Origin: an uncultured Gammaproteobacteria bacterium
GTDB lineage: Bacteria; Pseudomonadota; Gammaproteobacteria; Steroidobacterales; SZUA-146
Reading direction: 5' to 3'
DNA length: 64,000 nucleotides
NCBI GenBank assembly: GCA_963922815.1
Contig: CAWUKD010000002.1
Span: forward strand, 2,128-66,127
Part shown: positions 1 to 9,545 of the stretch, piece by piece
Layout: each line of letters begins with the position of its first letter
Position numbering within the stretch: the stretch's first letter is position 1
Translations under genes and position numbers: made by a program
Notes under the pieces: generated by a model
What the model saw: only the letters and a program-made list of their open reading frames with translations
The model's database searches: none
What the model was told of the DNA's origin: nothing

Positions 1-714
1 GAGGCCTATGCGTCTGAAGGCATTGATGTGACGCACATGGGTTCGCACGTGGAGCCCACCGGTACGGCCCTGATTTTCGTCGACCAGCACGGTGAAAACT
101 GTATTGGCGTGGCCCCGGGGGCTAACGCCCGCTGCAATGAGGCTCATATCCATACGGCCAGGCATCCCATTGAAGAAGCCGCCGTTGTGCTAATGCAGCT
201 CGAGATTCCGATGGACTCGGTCCGAGAGGTGCTGAGCATTCACGTTCGAGGCAGAGTGTTGCTCAACGCGGCGCCGATGCTGGACCTGGTGGCTGCCGAC
301 CTGGCCGGCCTGGATACGCTGATTGTGAACGAAACGGAGCTCGAACAGATTGTCGACTGCTGCGTAGCCAAGGATATTGAGACGCTACCTCTGGATGCCG
401 GTGGCGCTTGTCTCGAGCTTCACGCGCTCGGGGTTACCAATGTGGTGGTCACCCTGGGTAGCGAAGGGGTGTTTCTCAGCAAAGAGGGCAATCAGGCGTC
501 GATCGCAGGCTTCAGCGTAGACGCGGTGGACACCACCGGCGCTGGCGATACGTTCTGCGGTGCTCTGGCGGCGAGGCTGGCTATGTCAGAGCCGCTTGAG
601 AACGCCGTGAGCTACGCGCAGGCTGCAGCCGCGCTGACCTGTACGCAGCTGGGAGCGCAGGGCGCTATCCCGGACGAGTCGACGGTGTTTTCCTTTATGC
701 GTCAACACGGCTAG
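1..714 (+). CDS. rbsK: ribokinase (pfkB family), 5' end cut by window edge
   Basis: Frame 1 is open from base 1. It carries the pfkB C-terminal signature DTTGAGDTFCGALAARL and a ribokinase-like LIVNETELEQI / VVVTLGSEG layout. Confidence 0.8.
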   Translation, partial: EAYASEGIDVTHMGSHVEPTGTALIFVDQHGENCIGVAPGANARCNEAHIHTARHPIEEAAVVLMQLEIPMDSVREVLSIHVRGRVLLNAAPMLDLVAADLAGLDTLIVNETELEQIVDCCVAKDIETLPLDAGGACLELHALGVTNVVVTLGSEGVFLSKEGNQASIAGFSVDAVDTTGAGDTFCGALAARLAMSEPLENAVSYAQAAAALTCTQLGAQGAIPDESTVFSFMRQHG

Positions 715-735
715 GCCGTGCCGGGCCAGCTTGCG

Positions 736-1356
736 TTAGCGATATCCGTCGCCCTGAAGCTGGCGGTATTCTTCAAGCTCTTGTTCCGCAATGTATAAAT
801 CGCGGGACAGCTGCACCAGTTCAATCCGGTGTGCCTCTGAGTTGCGGGTTTTCTCCCGAATTTCGTTAATCAGTCGCTGACGGTTGCTCGCGTCACCCGG
901 ATCGTCTACGAGTTCGCGCTCCAGATCCCTGATCTCGTCTTCATCGTCATCAAGATCGCGTTCAATGCCGTTTATGCGTGACTGCAAATCGCTGACGGCC
1001 TTTTTGAACCGGTACATGACCCGACCTTCGTCCACGGCCTCGACAAAGTACGGTTCAAGATCAGCCGGGCAAACGCCTTTGTAAGAGTAGCCGTTGCTGC
1101 CAAGTGTGTACCCTTTGGCTGGCACACAAAACTGGCGCAGTCCATCAGCGCGGCCCGTTTCATACGCGTCCAGGTCCGGCGTAACGCCTGCTTTGGCACA
1201 GGCCTTGCGGTGGTCTCCCAGGCGACCGGGGCTGCCTTTCAGTCCGTCTTCGTATCCTACGGTACGCCAGTCGGCCGTGCGGCATTCATCGGCGCTCATC
1301 GAGGCACAGCCACCCAGCAGGGTAACAGCGAAAATAGTCAGTATTAATCGGTACAT
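736..1356 (-). CDS. DUF2799-like lipoprotein with acidic coiled-coil C-terminus
   Basis: I moved the start to ATG 1354-1356, which gives the lipobox MYRLILTIFAVTLLGGC. The protein has repeated C..DW..GY.DG..G / Y..G...G..FC patterns and a C-terminal heptad-like acidic region. The ORF-track N-terminal extension has no signal logic. Confidence 0.6.
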   Translation of the reverse strand: MYRLILTIFAVTLLGGCASMSADECRTADWRTVGYEDGLKGSPGRLGDHRKACAKAGVTPDLDAYETGRADGLRQFCVPAKGYTLGSNGYSYKGVCPADLEPYFVEAVDEGRVMYRFKKAVSDLQSRINGIERDLDDDEDEIRDLERELVDDPGDASNRQRLINEIREKTRNSEAHRIELVQLSRDLYIAEQELEEYRQLQGDGYR

Positions 1357-1679
1357 AGAAGCCTCACAGTGATGTTGGGCAGAGTCGTCCTGACGGCTCT
1401 TGATGCAACTGTCGCACACCTTGCCCATACCTGCGCTGAACGCCGGAAGGGTTTTAGTCGGTAATCCGACCGGGTGGCCGTCGAAAACTCTTACAGTAAC
1501 CATTATGTTCCAGCGATTCTGCCCGTAGTTCACAGTTTTGCAAGCCGCTCACTGGCCGCCAATGGCTCCTATTGTGTGATGCGGTTCACAGTTCTGGATG
1601 CCAGTGTCCCCGTTATGTCCCAAGACGGGTCTCACGGGGCGTTCTGGCCCGGGAATTGCTAATAGATACCTGACAGCCA

Positions 1680-1907
1680 CCGAATCAGCGGTTTAAAGAG
1701 GCCAGATCATGGAACGGTATGACGACAGCGGAAGTTGGCAGGACGTGTACGGAACCAGGACAACCAAAAAAAGAAGTGGCGGCATAACCTGAGAGAATAA
1801 CTCCGATCCCCATGGAGTGGAGTTGAAGAAGCAAATAAGAGCGGAATAACGGCCAGGCTTCTTCAAGTAACTTGCCCTTCATCGTTTACGGTGAAGGGCT
1901 TTTTTTT
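1680..1907 (+). ncRNA. candidate CsrA/RsmA-titrating sRNA (CsrB/RsmY/RsmZ-like); 5' end not determinable
   Basis: There are 8 GGA triplets within 1711-1845, mostly in A/C-N-GGA context, in an ORF-poor gap. The stretch ends in a strong intrinsic terminator at 1874-1907. Confidence 0.4.
1874..1907 (+). terminator. rho-independent terminator
   Basis: GCCCTTCA (1874-1881) pairs with TGAAGGGC (1892-1899) and is followed by T8 (1900-1907). Confidence 0.75.
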
Positions 1908-1943
1908 ATCAAGCAGATTCTCCAAACCTGAGCTAATGTAGTG

Positions 1944-2030
1944 AATCTGCAACAGGTTGGCTCGGCCGTTGGGCTATTTTATGCCGTTTCAAATTCTGTG
2001 TTTTTTGCCCAATGTCAGAAATCTGCAACA
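1944..2030. promoter_or_regulatory. 11-bp direct repeat AATCTGCAACA (1944-1954 and 2020-2030) upstream of the TonB-dependent receptor
   Basis: The 11-mer occurs exactly twice, 76 bp apart. A third related ACCTGCAAA lies at about 2042. All lie 300-390 bp upstream of the receptor start. Confidence 0.3.
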
Positions 2031-2331
2031 TTGGGTTTGTAACCTGCAAAGCTAAGTTTTAGAGTACGCATTACAGACGTTTTACACCGCCGGAAACTTT
2101 GGGGCTCCGGACTCTTAATGACCAATCCTTCATTGGGGAATTTACATGTTTCATCAGGCTCTTAGCGCGGCTCGTCAGGTCGTGTCCGGGCTTGGGTCTG
2201 TTTCGTGGTTACACCCCGGCAATGTCGTTTACCGAGGCTGAATCTGCGCTTATTGAAGCAGGACACCTGAAACCATAGTTTTTTTTGGGCATACGCTTTT
2301 CAACTGATAATCATTTCTACGAGGGTCACTT

Positions 2332-5300
2332 ATGATTAATCATCTTTCTGCCGGTACCAGCACGCAATCACTGCGTCTGGGAATACCGGTTTTCCTACAG
2401 CGTGTTGTGATGGCGGTTTTTGCCACCATGCTGATCGCATTACCCGTCGCGTCACAGGCGCAACAAACCAGTTCTGCGGTACGCGGTACAGTGACCAGCG
2501 AAAGCGGTGCACCGATCGCCAATTCGACCGTAACGATTCGAAACGAGCAGTCCGGCTTGACGCGGACCGCTACGACCGACGCCAACGGTGAGTTTAATTT
2601 CCGCAATTTGCCGGTTGGCTACAACTACAGCGTTACCGCATCGAGCAGTGGCTACGGCAGTGAGCGCTATGAAGACATCAGCCTGAATCTTGGTAAGACC
2701 GCAAGCGTGAACTTTGCACTTGCTGCCGGTTCTGCCGTGGCAGAAGAGGTCATGGTCGTGGCGACGCGTTCAGAGCTGTCACAGATTGCGGTTGGCCCGA
2801 GCTCCACGTTTGGACTGGAAGAGCTTGAGCTGTCGCCAGCTATTAACCGAAACATTACTGACGTTATTCGTGCTGATGCTCGAATCTACGTTGACGAATC
2901 ACGTGGCGACATCAACGCGGTTCAGTGCGGCGGCAAGAACCCGCGATTCAACAGCCTCACGGTAGACGGTGTTCGTCTGAACGATTCGTTTGGACTCAAT
3001 GCAAACGGCTATCCGACCGAGCGCATGCCGTTCTCATACGACGCCATCAAGCAGGTAGCTGTTGAACTCGCACCGTTTGATGTTGAATATGGTGGTTTTT
3101 CCGCGTGTAACATCAACGCAGTCACCAAATCAGGTGGCAACGAGTTTTTCGGATCGACCTTTATCGATTACACCAGCGACAGCCTGCGCGGTGACAGCCT
3201 GGAAGGCGAAGACATTACCAGCGGCAGCTATACCGAAACCCGTTACGGCCTGAGCGTTGGTGGTCCGATTATCCAGGACAAGCTGTTTTTCTTTGCCGCT
3301 TACGAAAAGCTTGAAGGCGCGAACCTGTTCGACCGCGGGCCTATCGGTTCTGGTGCGGTCAACGAAGTACAGGTTACCCAGGCGGAGCTTGACGAGATCG
3401 TGTCTATTGCCAATACGCTTTATCAGTACGATCCGGGTGGCATTCCGGACAGTCTGGATCACACCGACGACAAACTCCTGATCAAGCTGGACTGGAATAT
3501 CAGCGAACAACAGCGTCTCGCTTTCACCTACAACTTTAACGATGGTGAGAATTTCTCGACTTCTGACGGCGACCTGGATGAATTCGAGTTCACCAATCAC
3601 CTCTATGAGCGCGGTGCCGAGCTGAACTCCTATGCGGCTACACTCTACTCCGACTGGACGCCTGATTTTTCAACCGAGCTTCGCATTGCGACGCTGGAAC
3701 TCGACAACCGACAGCTTTCTGTCGGCGGAACCGATTTCGGTGAAATCCGGGTTGAACTGGATGACGTGGACGTCTATCTCGGCGGCGACGACAGTCGGCA
3801 GTCGAACAAGCTTAAATACGATGTTGATACAATTGCTCTGAAAGGCAAATATCTTCTCGGTAATCACGACATCACGTTTGGTGTCGAGCGAGAGGCATTT
3901 GACGTTTTCAACCTGTTCGTTCAGCACTCTGAAACAGAAATTCGTTTCGATGGTATTGACAACTTCCGCAATGGTTTTGCCGACGCGATTTACTACAACA
4001 ACGCGCCGTCCAATAACGTCAATGATGCAGCGGCTGACTGGGGCTACGACCTCAACACGCTGTATATCCAGGACGAAATTCAGATTAACGATCGTCTGAG
4101 TGTGGTTGCTGGCCTGCGCTACGACTTCTACTCAACGGACTCTGCACCTGCAGAAAACGCTGAGTTTGTTGCGGATTACGGTTTCTCCAACTCCAACACT
4201 GTGGATGGCGAAGGTCTGCTGCAGCCACGATTTGGCTTCACGTTTGACTGGTCTGATACAACGACCCTTCGCGGTGGTGTTGGCCTGTACTCCGGTGGTA
4301 ACCCTAACGTCTGGTTGTCCAACAACTACTCAGCCAATAACGTGCTGCAGTTTGGCCAGCGTGGCCGCTCATTTGGTTACACAGATGGCACCCGTTCGCT
4401 GTTTGATGCCGATGTTGTTTACCTCGGCCTCGAAGACGGTGTTCCAAACGGCCCTGGATACGGCATTCCTTCCGAACTGTTTAACGCAGTAGCGGGCGGA
4501 GTGGGCGACAACTTCGAAATCAACTATCTTGATCCCGATTTCGAACTGCCTTCTGAGTGGAAAGTTGCACTGGGTGTTACCCACATTTTCCCGAACGACT
4601 ACGTATTTAATGCGGACGTGCTGTACACGGACGGGCAGGATACGGCGATTGTGCTTCACGGCGATCTTGAACAGACGGGTACAAACCCGGACGGCTACCC
4701 GATCTACGACAGCGTGCGCGCACCCAGTTTCGTGCTGACCAACAGTAATGTTGGCGACCAGTCACTGAACTTTTCCATGAGCGTGGCTAAATCGTTTGAC
4801 AACGGGTTCGACTTTACCGCGGGCTATTCGTACAGCGATTCTGAAGACATTAACCCGATGACCAGTTCAGTAGCCTTTTCAAACTACCAGAATCGTGCGT
4901 TCTTCGATCCACAGGAAGATGTTCGTTCGACTTCGAACTACAACATCAAGCATCGCCTGACGTTTACGTCTAACTACCGCAGAACGCTGTTTGGCAAATA
5001 TGACACCACACTGTCGTTCTATGGTGCTGCCAACTCTGGCCGACCATTCAGTATTGCGTACAACGGAACAATCGATCCTTATGGCTTCACGCCGTTCCTC
5101 GATTTCCGCGACAACGTTTTGTTGCCAGGTGCCACGCGTAACAGCGAAGAGGGATCCTGGTGGCGCAAGCTGGACATGCGTGTGAACGTGGACTTCCCTG
5201 GGTTTGGCGAAGGTCATAGTGCGTCTGCCTTTATGGTTATCGACAACCTGACCAATCTGCTCAACGACGAGTGGGGCGTACTGAATCAGCACAATTTCCC

Positions 5301-5388
5301 ACGTACCGTTGTTGAAGGTACCGAGGAAAGCCGTATTGGTGACGCATCTCGCTACGAAATCCGATTCGGATTTAAATACGCCTTCTAA
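2332..5388 (+). CDS. TonB-dependent receptor, Oar-like, with N-terminal carboxypeptidase-regulatory-like domain
   Basis: 1018 aa with a signal peptide ending ALPVASQA. The N-terminus reads VRGTVTSESGAPIANSTVTIRNEQSGLTRTATTDANGEFNFRNLPVGYNY. The length fits a beta-barrel and the protein ends in an aromatic residue (RFGFKYAF). GAGGG lies 8 nt upstream of the ATG. Confidence 0.9.
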   Translation: MINHLSAGTSTQSLRLGIPVFLQRVVMAVFATMLIALPVASQAQQTSSAVRGTVTSESGAPIANSTVTIRNEQSGLTRTATTDANGEFNFRNLPVGYNYSVTASSSGYGSERYEDISLNLGKTASVNFALAAGSAVAEEVMVVATRSELSQIAVGPSSTFGLEELELSPAINRNITDVIRADARIYVDESRGDINAVQCGGKNPRFNSLTVDGVRLNDSFGLNANGYPTERMPFSYDAIKQVAVELAPFDVEYGGFSACNINAVTKSGGNEFFGSTFIDYTSDSLRGDSLEGEDITSGSYTETRYGLSVGGPIIQDKLFFFAAYEKLEGANLFDRGPIGSGAVNEVQVTQAELDEIVSIANTLYQYDPGGIPDSLDHTDDKLLIKLDWNISEQQRLAFTYNFNDGENFSTSDGDLDEFEFTNHLYERGAELNSYAATLYSDWTPDFSTELRIATLELDNRQLSVGGTDFGEIRVELDDVDVYLGGDDSRQSNKLKYDVDTIALKGKYLLGNHDITFGVEREAFDVFNLFVQHSETEIRFDGIDNFRNGFADAIYYNNAPSNNVNDAAADWGYDLNTLYIQDEIQINDRLSVVAGLRYDFYSTDSAPAENAEFVADYGFSNSNTVDGEGLLQPRFGFTFDWSDTTTLRGGVGLYSGGNPNVWLSNNYSANNVLQFGQRGRSFGYTDGTRSLFDADVVYLGLEDGVPNGPGYGIPSELFNAVAGGVGDNFEINYLDPDFELPSEWKVALGVTHIFPNDYVFNADVLYTDGQDTAIVLHGDLEQTGTNPDGYPIYDSVRAPSFVLTNSNVGDQSLNFSMSVAKSFDNGFDFTAGYSYSDSEDINPMTSSVAFSNYQNRAFFDPQEDVRSTSNYNIKHRLTFTSNYRRTLFGKYDTTLSFYGAANSGRPFSIAYNGTIDPYGFTPFLDFRDNVLLPGATRNSEEGSWWRKLDMRVNVDFPGFGEGHSASAFMVIDNLTNLLNDEWGVLNQHNFPRTVVEGTEESRIGDASRYEIRFGFKYAF

Positions 5389-5441
5389 TAGGGCTTGAAC
5401 GTGTACGGTCTGTCCTGCAGGGCAGGCCAGGCGCAATAAAA

Positions 5442-5472
5442 ACACCCGCATAATGTGCGGGTGTTTTTTTTT
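5442..5472 (+). terminator. rho-independent terminator
   Basis: ACACCCGCA-TAAT-(G)TGCGGGTGT hairpin followed by a T-run. Confidence 0.8.
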
Positions 5473-5789
5473 GTTCTTACTAAATACGCAGATCGCCGCA
5501 TCCGTTTACAGGGAGCACGATGACAAAAACAGCAACCGATCATTAACATGAAGCGCGAGTTGATGTTGAGCTGGCCCAGCCTCGAGGGGGTAAGGCCAGT
5601 TAGTTGCTTAATTGATGGGTTTTTCAACCTTGTAGCATCTATAGCCAAGTGCTCAAGTGATTTTGGAATTGCTGCTCATTCCGAAAGCGATTACACAAAG
5701 GCTCAGTGTCTTAACGAGCGCATGTGCCGGACTAGGTTCCAGAGGGATAGATCAACCCGCAACGTCAACATTGGATAAAATTGGTTTAC

Positions 5790-6218
5790 CTAAATTCCAT
5801 TTTCCGCCAAAACGAGCTGGGTTTTAACGCTTGAAACGCCCTCTAGTCCTGATATTTCGTCTCGTAACTCAGCCAGTCTGTTCGTATCTGGGCAAGCGGC
5901 ATGCACTAATAAATCAATCTCACCTGAAAGGCACTGTGATCCGACGACGTCTCGTAGTTTGATGATTCTTTTTGCTATGAGAGGGTTAGGATCTCCGTTA
6001 ACAATGCTGACAAAGAAAACGGCTTTGGTTGATTTTGCGAGCTCATCGAGAATAACGGTATAGCCCTTTATGACACCTCTGCTCTCAAGACGATGGATAC
6101 GATCATGGGTTGCACTTCGGGAAAGGCCAATATCTCTTGCCAAAGAAACCAGGCTAGCCCGAGCGTTCTTGCGAAGTGAAGCAATAAGCAGCTGATCTTT
6201 ACTATCTAGTTGATTCAT
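5790..6218 (-). CDS. Lrp/AsnC family transcriptional regulator
   Basis: 142 aa. N-terminal HTH (LDSKDQLLIASLRKNARASLVSLARDIGLSRSATHDRIHRLESRGVIKGY) plus a RAM-like C-terminal half. Confidence 0.85.
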   Translation of the reverse strand: MNQLDSKDQLLIASLRKNARASLVSLARDIGLSRSATHDRIHRLESRGVIKGYTVILDELAKSTKAVFFVSIVNGDPNPLIAKRIIKLRDVVGSQCLSGEIDLLVHAACPDTNRLAELRDEISGLEGVSSVKTQLVLAENGI

Positions 6219-6363
6219 TTTATTGATTTATATTAATCGCTGATTCAGGTCTTGGCTAAAGCACGCGTTTGTCCTGTGAAACCGACATTTCGTTCGTTCA
6301 ATCCGGATCTACTGCTATGTACAGTGGACGAACGTTCTTAAGTCAGGGTAAACGTATTTAGCT

Positions 6364-6993
6364 ATGCTTTCAATTGATGTTCTATTCTTGTTTTCAGTAA
6401 CAACGTTCTTTGTTGTTTTAGCTCCAGGCCCTGCTGCTTTGGCCGTAGCAGTCGAGGCCGCATCAAATGGCTTTAAGCGATCGCTATTGGTTACATTGGG
6501 GGTTGCAATTGCTAATGTCGTTTTATTCATATTGTCTGCGGCAGGCGTAAGTGCGGCTATAGTTGCCTCTCAATTATTATTCTTAATCGTTAAATGGATA
6601 GGCATAGTTTATCTTTTATATTTAGGATTTGGTGCCCTGTTCAGCGCTACAAGCGCCTTAACGATACAGCCTGGAAACAGGGTGACAGGGAATCTGTCAC
6701 GAGTATTCTTTAGAGGGTTCATGATAGAGCTGTCTAACCCAAAAGCACTTTTATATTTTACTGCTTTGCTACCACAGTTTGTCGACGCTAATTCTCCGAT
6801 TGTTCCGCAAATCGTCATTTTTATTACGATTACAATGATATTCGATTTTGTTTGTTATAGCTTGTATGGATACGTTGGATGGCGGTCGATTAATGCAGGA
6901 ATAAGCGAACGAGTTGTAAAAATTGTAAACAAGTCTGCTGGCATGACATTAATTGTGGTCGCAATATTAGTGATTAGCTTAAAGCCTGCCTAG
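6364..6993 (+). CDS. LysE/RhtB family amino-acid efflux translocator
   Basis: 209 aa, about 6 hydrophobic helices, N-terminal FFVVLAPGPAALAV motif typical of the LysE family. It is divergent from the Lrp regulator. Confidence 0.85.
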   Translation: MLSIDVLFLFSVTTFFVVLAPGPAALAVAVEAASNGFKRSLLVTLGVAIANVVLFILSAAGVSAAIVASQLLFLIVKWIGIVYLLYLGFGALFSATSALTIQPGNRVTGNLSRVFFRGFMIELSNPKALLYFTALLPQFVDANSPIVPQIVIFITITMIFDFVCYSLYGYVGWRSINAGISERVVKIVNKSAGMTLIVVAILVISLKPA

Positions 6994-7085
6994 AATTCTA
7001 GTATTCATTTCATAGATTAATCTTAATCTTAATCAGTAATCACAATGACTTTCCCCAATTCCTATGGTCACGCGATACTCAGGCT

Positions 7086-7352
7086 CTATCTGAGCTGACT
7101 GTCTTTGCTGCCCCTGCGGTTAATGCCGCTTTGCCGGGCGGCATCGGCATCTTCCTGTTCCTGGCAGGTGACACACAGCCTGACGCCGGGTACCGCGGCA
7201 CGGCGGGCCTCCGGTATCGGAGCTTCACATTCTTCACAATGAGACCGGCCGGGTCCGCGCGCAATACGGTCGCGGGCTTTTTTGACGGCGTCTTCTACGC
7301 TTGCGTCGATTTGTTCCTGAACGGCACCGTCGCGTGCCCATCCACCAGCCAT
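7086..7352 (-). CDS. TraR/DksA family C4 zinc-finger protein
   Basis: 88 aa with CEECEAPIPEARRAAVPGVRLCVTCQ (CxxC-N17-CxxC). Confidence 0.8.
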   Translation of the reverse strand: MAGGWARDGAVQEQIDASVEDAVKKARDRIARGPGRSHCEECEAPIPEARRAAVPGVRLCVTCQEQEDADAARQSGINRRGSKDSQLR

Positions 7353-7787
7353 TGCTACATCCTTTTAGGTAAGTGCACTAAACCTTATCACAGGGTTTCA
7401 GGGCTGAAACCGGCTGGGAGCTTCAATGCGACCATCAACCCGGGGTGCTGGCCATGGTTTTTTATAGATTATTGCCGGAGTATTCCGGGCTTTGTCGTGC
7501 TTACTGCCTCTTACAGGGCCCCGGGGGCCGTATCTTTGTCAGCGTCCAGTCGGCGATATGGTTCGCCTGGCGCGCGGTCATTAAGGTCGGCAGACTGATG
7601 GGCGTCGGATCTCCGACAAGCTGAAACGTCAAAGGTTTTCCAATTCGCGCGGTGGTTGTCGAACCGCTTTCGAATGGTGTCTCGCGGATCGCTTCAAGAG
7701 AATAAAAAAAAGGGCGCAATCCGGACGACCACCAATCGTCAAAACTACGCCCACGATAGAATGCGGGGGGGAACCCACAGTGCCTAA

Positions 7788-9545
7788 TTACATCTTCATA
7801 AATTCTTCTTTCACGGCCTGAGCAAGAATGTCCGGGGGAAGCAGCCCTTGCGCCAGGATAAAGTCGTGAAACGCCTGGGCGTCAAACCTGTCGCCCATCG
7901 CTATCTCTGTTTGAGTGCGCAGAGCCTGAAGGTTCAAATATCCGTAATAGTAAGCTGTGGCCTGACCGGGTATTCGGTAGGTGTAGCGTTCTATTTCGTT
8001 CTGTGCCCAGCCTTCACCCAATACGACATCGTCCGTCAGGATTCGTTTCGCTTCTTCCGGCGTTATTTTGCCCAGATTCAGCATCGGGTCCAGAAACATG
8101 CGCGCGGCACGAGCCAGTCGGTACTGCAGCGATATCATCTGTGCATCCAGCGGCATGAACGGTTTCGCAATGGCTTCGGCGTAAAGCGCCCAGCCTTCGA
8201 CGTTCGCACTATTAAAGGCAAACACGGCTCGCGTAATGGAAACGCCCCCCTCAATCATGCTCGAAAACTGCAGTTCATGCCCCGGTCGTGATTCGTGCGC
8301 CGTCAGGGTCCACGCGCCGGCTTTGTAGGTGTCGTCCGACTCTGGCCAGGTGCCGTCGTCGTTTTGCACCAGCAGTGGCAGTACGAACTGGGGATACTCG
8401 CCGGTGTTGCCAATCAGTCGCGGCACATCGAGGTGGGCCGCAGGCTGGGCAGCGGTTTCTGCGGCGCTACCGATGCGGATGATGGACGGTCGCTCTGGCA
8501 GGCTGACCAGACGTTCTGCCCTGATAATGTCTTCGAGCTTGCCCAGTACTTCCTGGTAGTAGGGCAGCAGCGCCTCACCAGTGATGCGGTCTTCTTTCAG
8601 GCGACGGATGACCTCGCGATAGTCGTCGGTTTCGAACCCTTTCTGCGCGGCAACCAGTGGAGCCAGAGCCACCATTTCATTGCGAATATCCATGTACCCG
8701 GCCGTTGCCTGTTTGATCAGGTCTTCGGGATCAGCGTCCACGCCCCAGTTCTTGAGCGCGTCCCGGTACATGACGTCGGGAAGGCGGTAATCTTCACGCG
8801 CACGTGGAAGGATTTCGGCTCTGACCCAGTCGTTGTAGTCGCTAAGCTGTTCCGCGAGCTTGCCGTAGGCGTCTTCCCAGCCCTCGAGCTCGGTGCCTGC
8901 CAGCAGGTCCTTAATGCCGGAAATAAAGGTTGCGCTGCGCTGGAGGTCCTGCTCGACTTCGCCTTTGTACGGGCCTACGAGACCTTTTACCTTAAAGCGT
9001 TCCCTGGTTCGCGCCTTGGCGAGTTCAACAATTGGCGTATAGCCTCGTTCGACGCCGGCATACTTGTTCAGGCGTACCAGGGCTGCCGGGTAGCGCTCTT
9101 TGGGAATCTGCGGGTCGATAAGACCACGAATGCCACTAAATACGGTTTGCGACACGTTGAAATAGGGCAGCATGTTTTCGCGGTCCAGCTCGGAAGACAG
9201 AATGTTATCGTCCAGCGCCTTGATCAGAATTTGCAGATCCTGACGAACCGTCGGGTGCTCTTCTTTCTTCAGACGCGCCTTGAGTTCTTTGTTGGCTTTC
9301 TGGATGTCCGCCATTGAGCGCTCGTAAATACGTTTATCGAGATCGCTGATTTCTTCATCCAGTCCGTCCACACCAAGACTGCCGGCACCTTCCGGACTGT
9401 ATTTGGACATGACCTTCAAAACGACCTGAGCGTGATCGTTACTGTCTTCTACCCAGCTGCTGTCCGCTGCGCCTGATTGAAGTGCCATCAGGCACACAGA
9501 GAGCGCCAGCAGTAGGGTGCGGGCGGATTTTGGAAACGGGAACAT
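7788..9545 (-). CDS. DUF885 family secreted protein (metallopeptidase-like fold)
   Basis: 585 aa with a signal peptide (LLLALSVCLMALQSGAA) and an HESRPGHELQ motif characteristic of DUF885. Confidence 0.75.
   Translation of the reverse strand: MFPFPKSARTLLLALSVCLMALQSGAADSSWVEDSNDHAQVVLKVMSKYSPEGAGSLGVDGLDEEISDLDKRIYERSMADIQKANKELKARLKKEEHPTVRQDLQILIKALDDNILSSELDRENMLPYFNVSQTVFSGIRGLIDPQIPKERYPAALVRLNKYAGVERGYTPIVELAKARTRERFKVKGLVGPYKGEVEQDLQRSATFISGIKDLLAGTELEGWEDAYGKLAEQLSDYNDWVRAEILPRAREDYRLPDVMYRDALKNWGVDADPEDLIKQATAGYMDIRNEMVALAPLVAAQKGFETDDYREVIRRLKEDRITGEALLPYYQEVLGKLEDIIRAERLVSLPERPSIIRIGSAAETAAQPAAHLDVPRLIGNTGEYPQFVLPLLVQNDDGTWPESDDTYKAGAWTLTAHESRPGHELQFSSMIEGGVSITRAVFAFNSANVEGWALYAEAIAKPFMPLDAQMISLQYRLARAARMFLDPMLNLGKITPEEAKRILTDDVVLGEGWAQNEIERYTYRIPGQATAYYYGYLNLQALRTQTEIAMGDRFDAQAFHDFILAQGLLPPDILAQAVKEEFMKM

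Noticed and set aside
1709-1792. A 27-codon ORF (MERYDDSGSWQDVYGTRTTKKRSGGIT) with an AAGAGG-like Shine-Dalgarno, inside the sRNA candidate.
   Set aside because: It is very short and has no recognisable peptide family. The apparent SD/ATG is itself one of the GGA-type motifs expected in a CsrA sponge. A small protein cannot be excluded without ribosome profiling.
2025-2033. The 9-mer GCAACATTG is shared by the upstream regions of both TonB-dependent receptor genes (2025-2033 and 40600-40608).
   Set aside because: My rough estimate is that one shared 9-mer between two ~400-bp regions is expected by chance, so it is not evidence for a common regulator.
7501-7719. A 72-aa ORF on the minus strand between DUF885 and the TraR/DksA gene.
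   Set aside because: Its start codon lies inside a CCC-T8 run that looks like the tail of the DUF885 terminator region. It has no RBS and no family resemblance, so it is probably non-coding.
8295-9317. Long antisense ORFs inside confidently assigned genes. Examples: 8295-9317 (+) in DUF885, 16316-16972 (+) over the pilin, 26393-27133 (-) in moaA, 31799-32554 (+) in bkdB, 40762-41805 (-) in the TonB-dependent receptor, 46320-47219 (-) in the CN-hydrolase, 49149-49952 (-) and 60181-60888 (-) in the FG-GAP genes.
   Set aside because: Their translations are Arg/Ala/Gly/Cys-rich, low-complexity and motif-free, while the opposite strand carries clear family signatures. Stop-codon depletion on the antisense strand is typical of GC-rich DNA.
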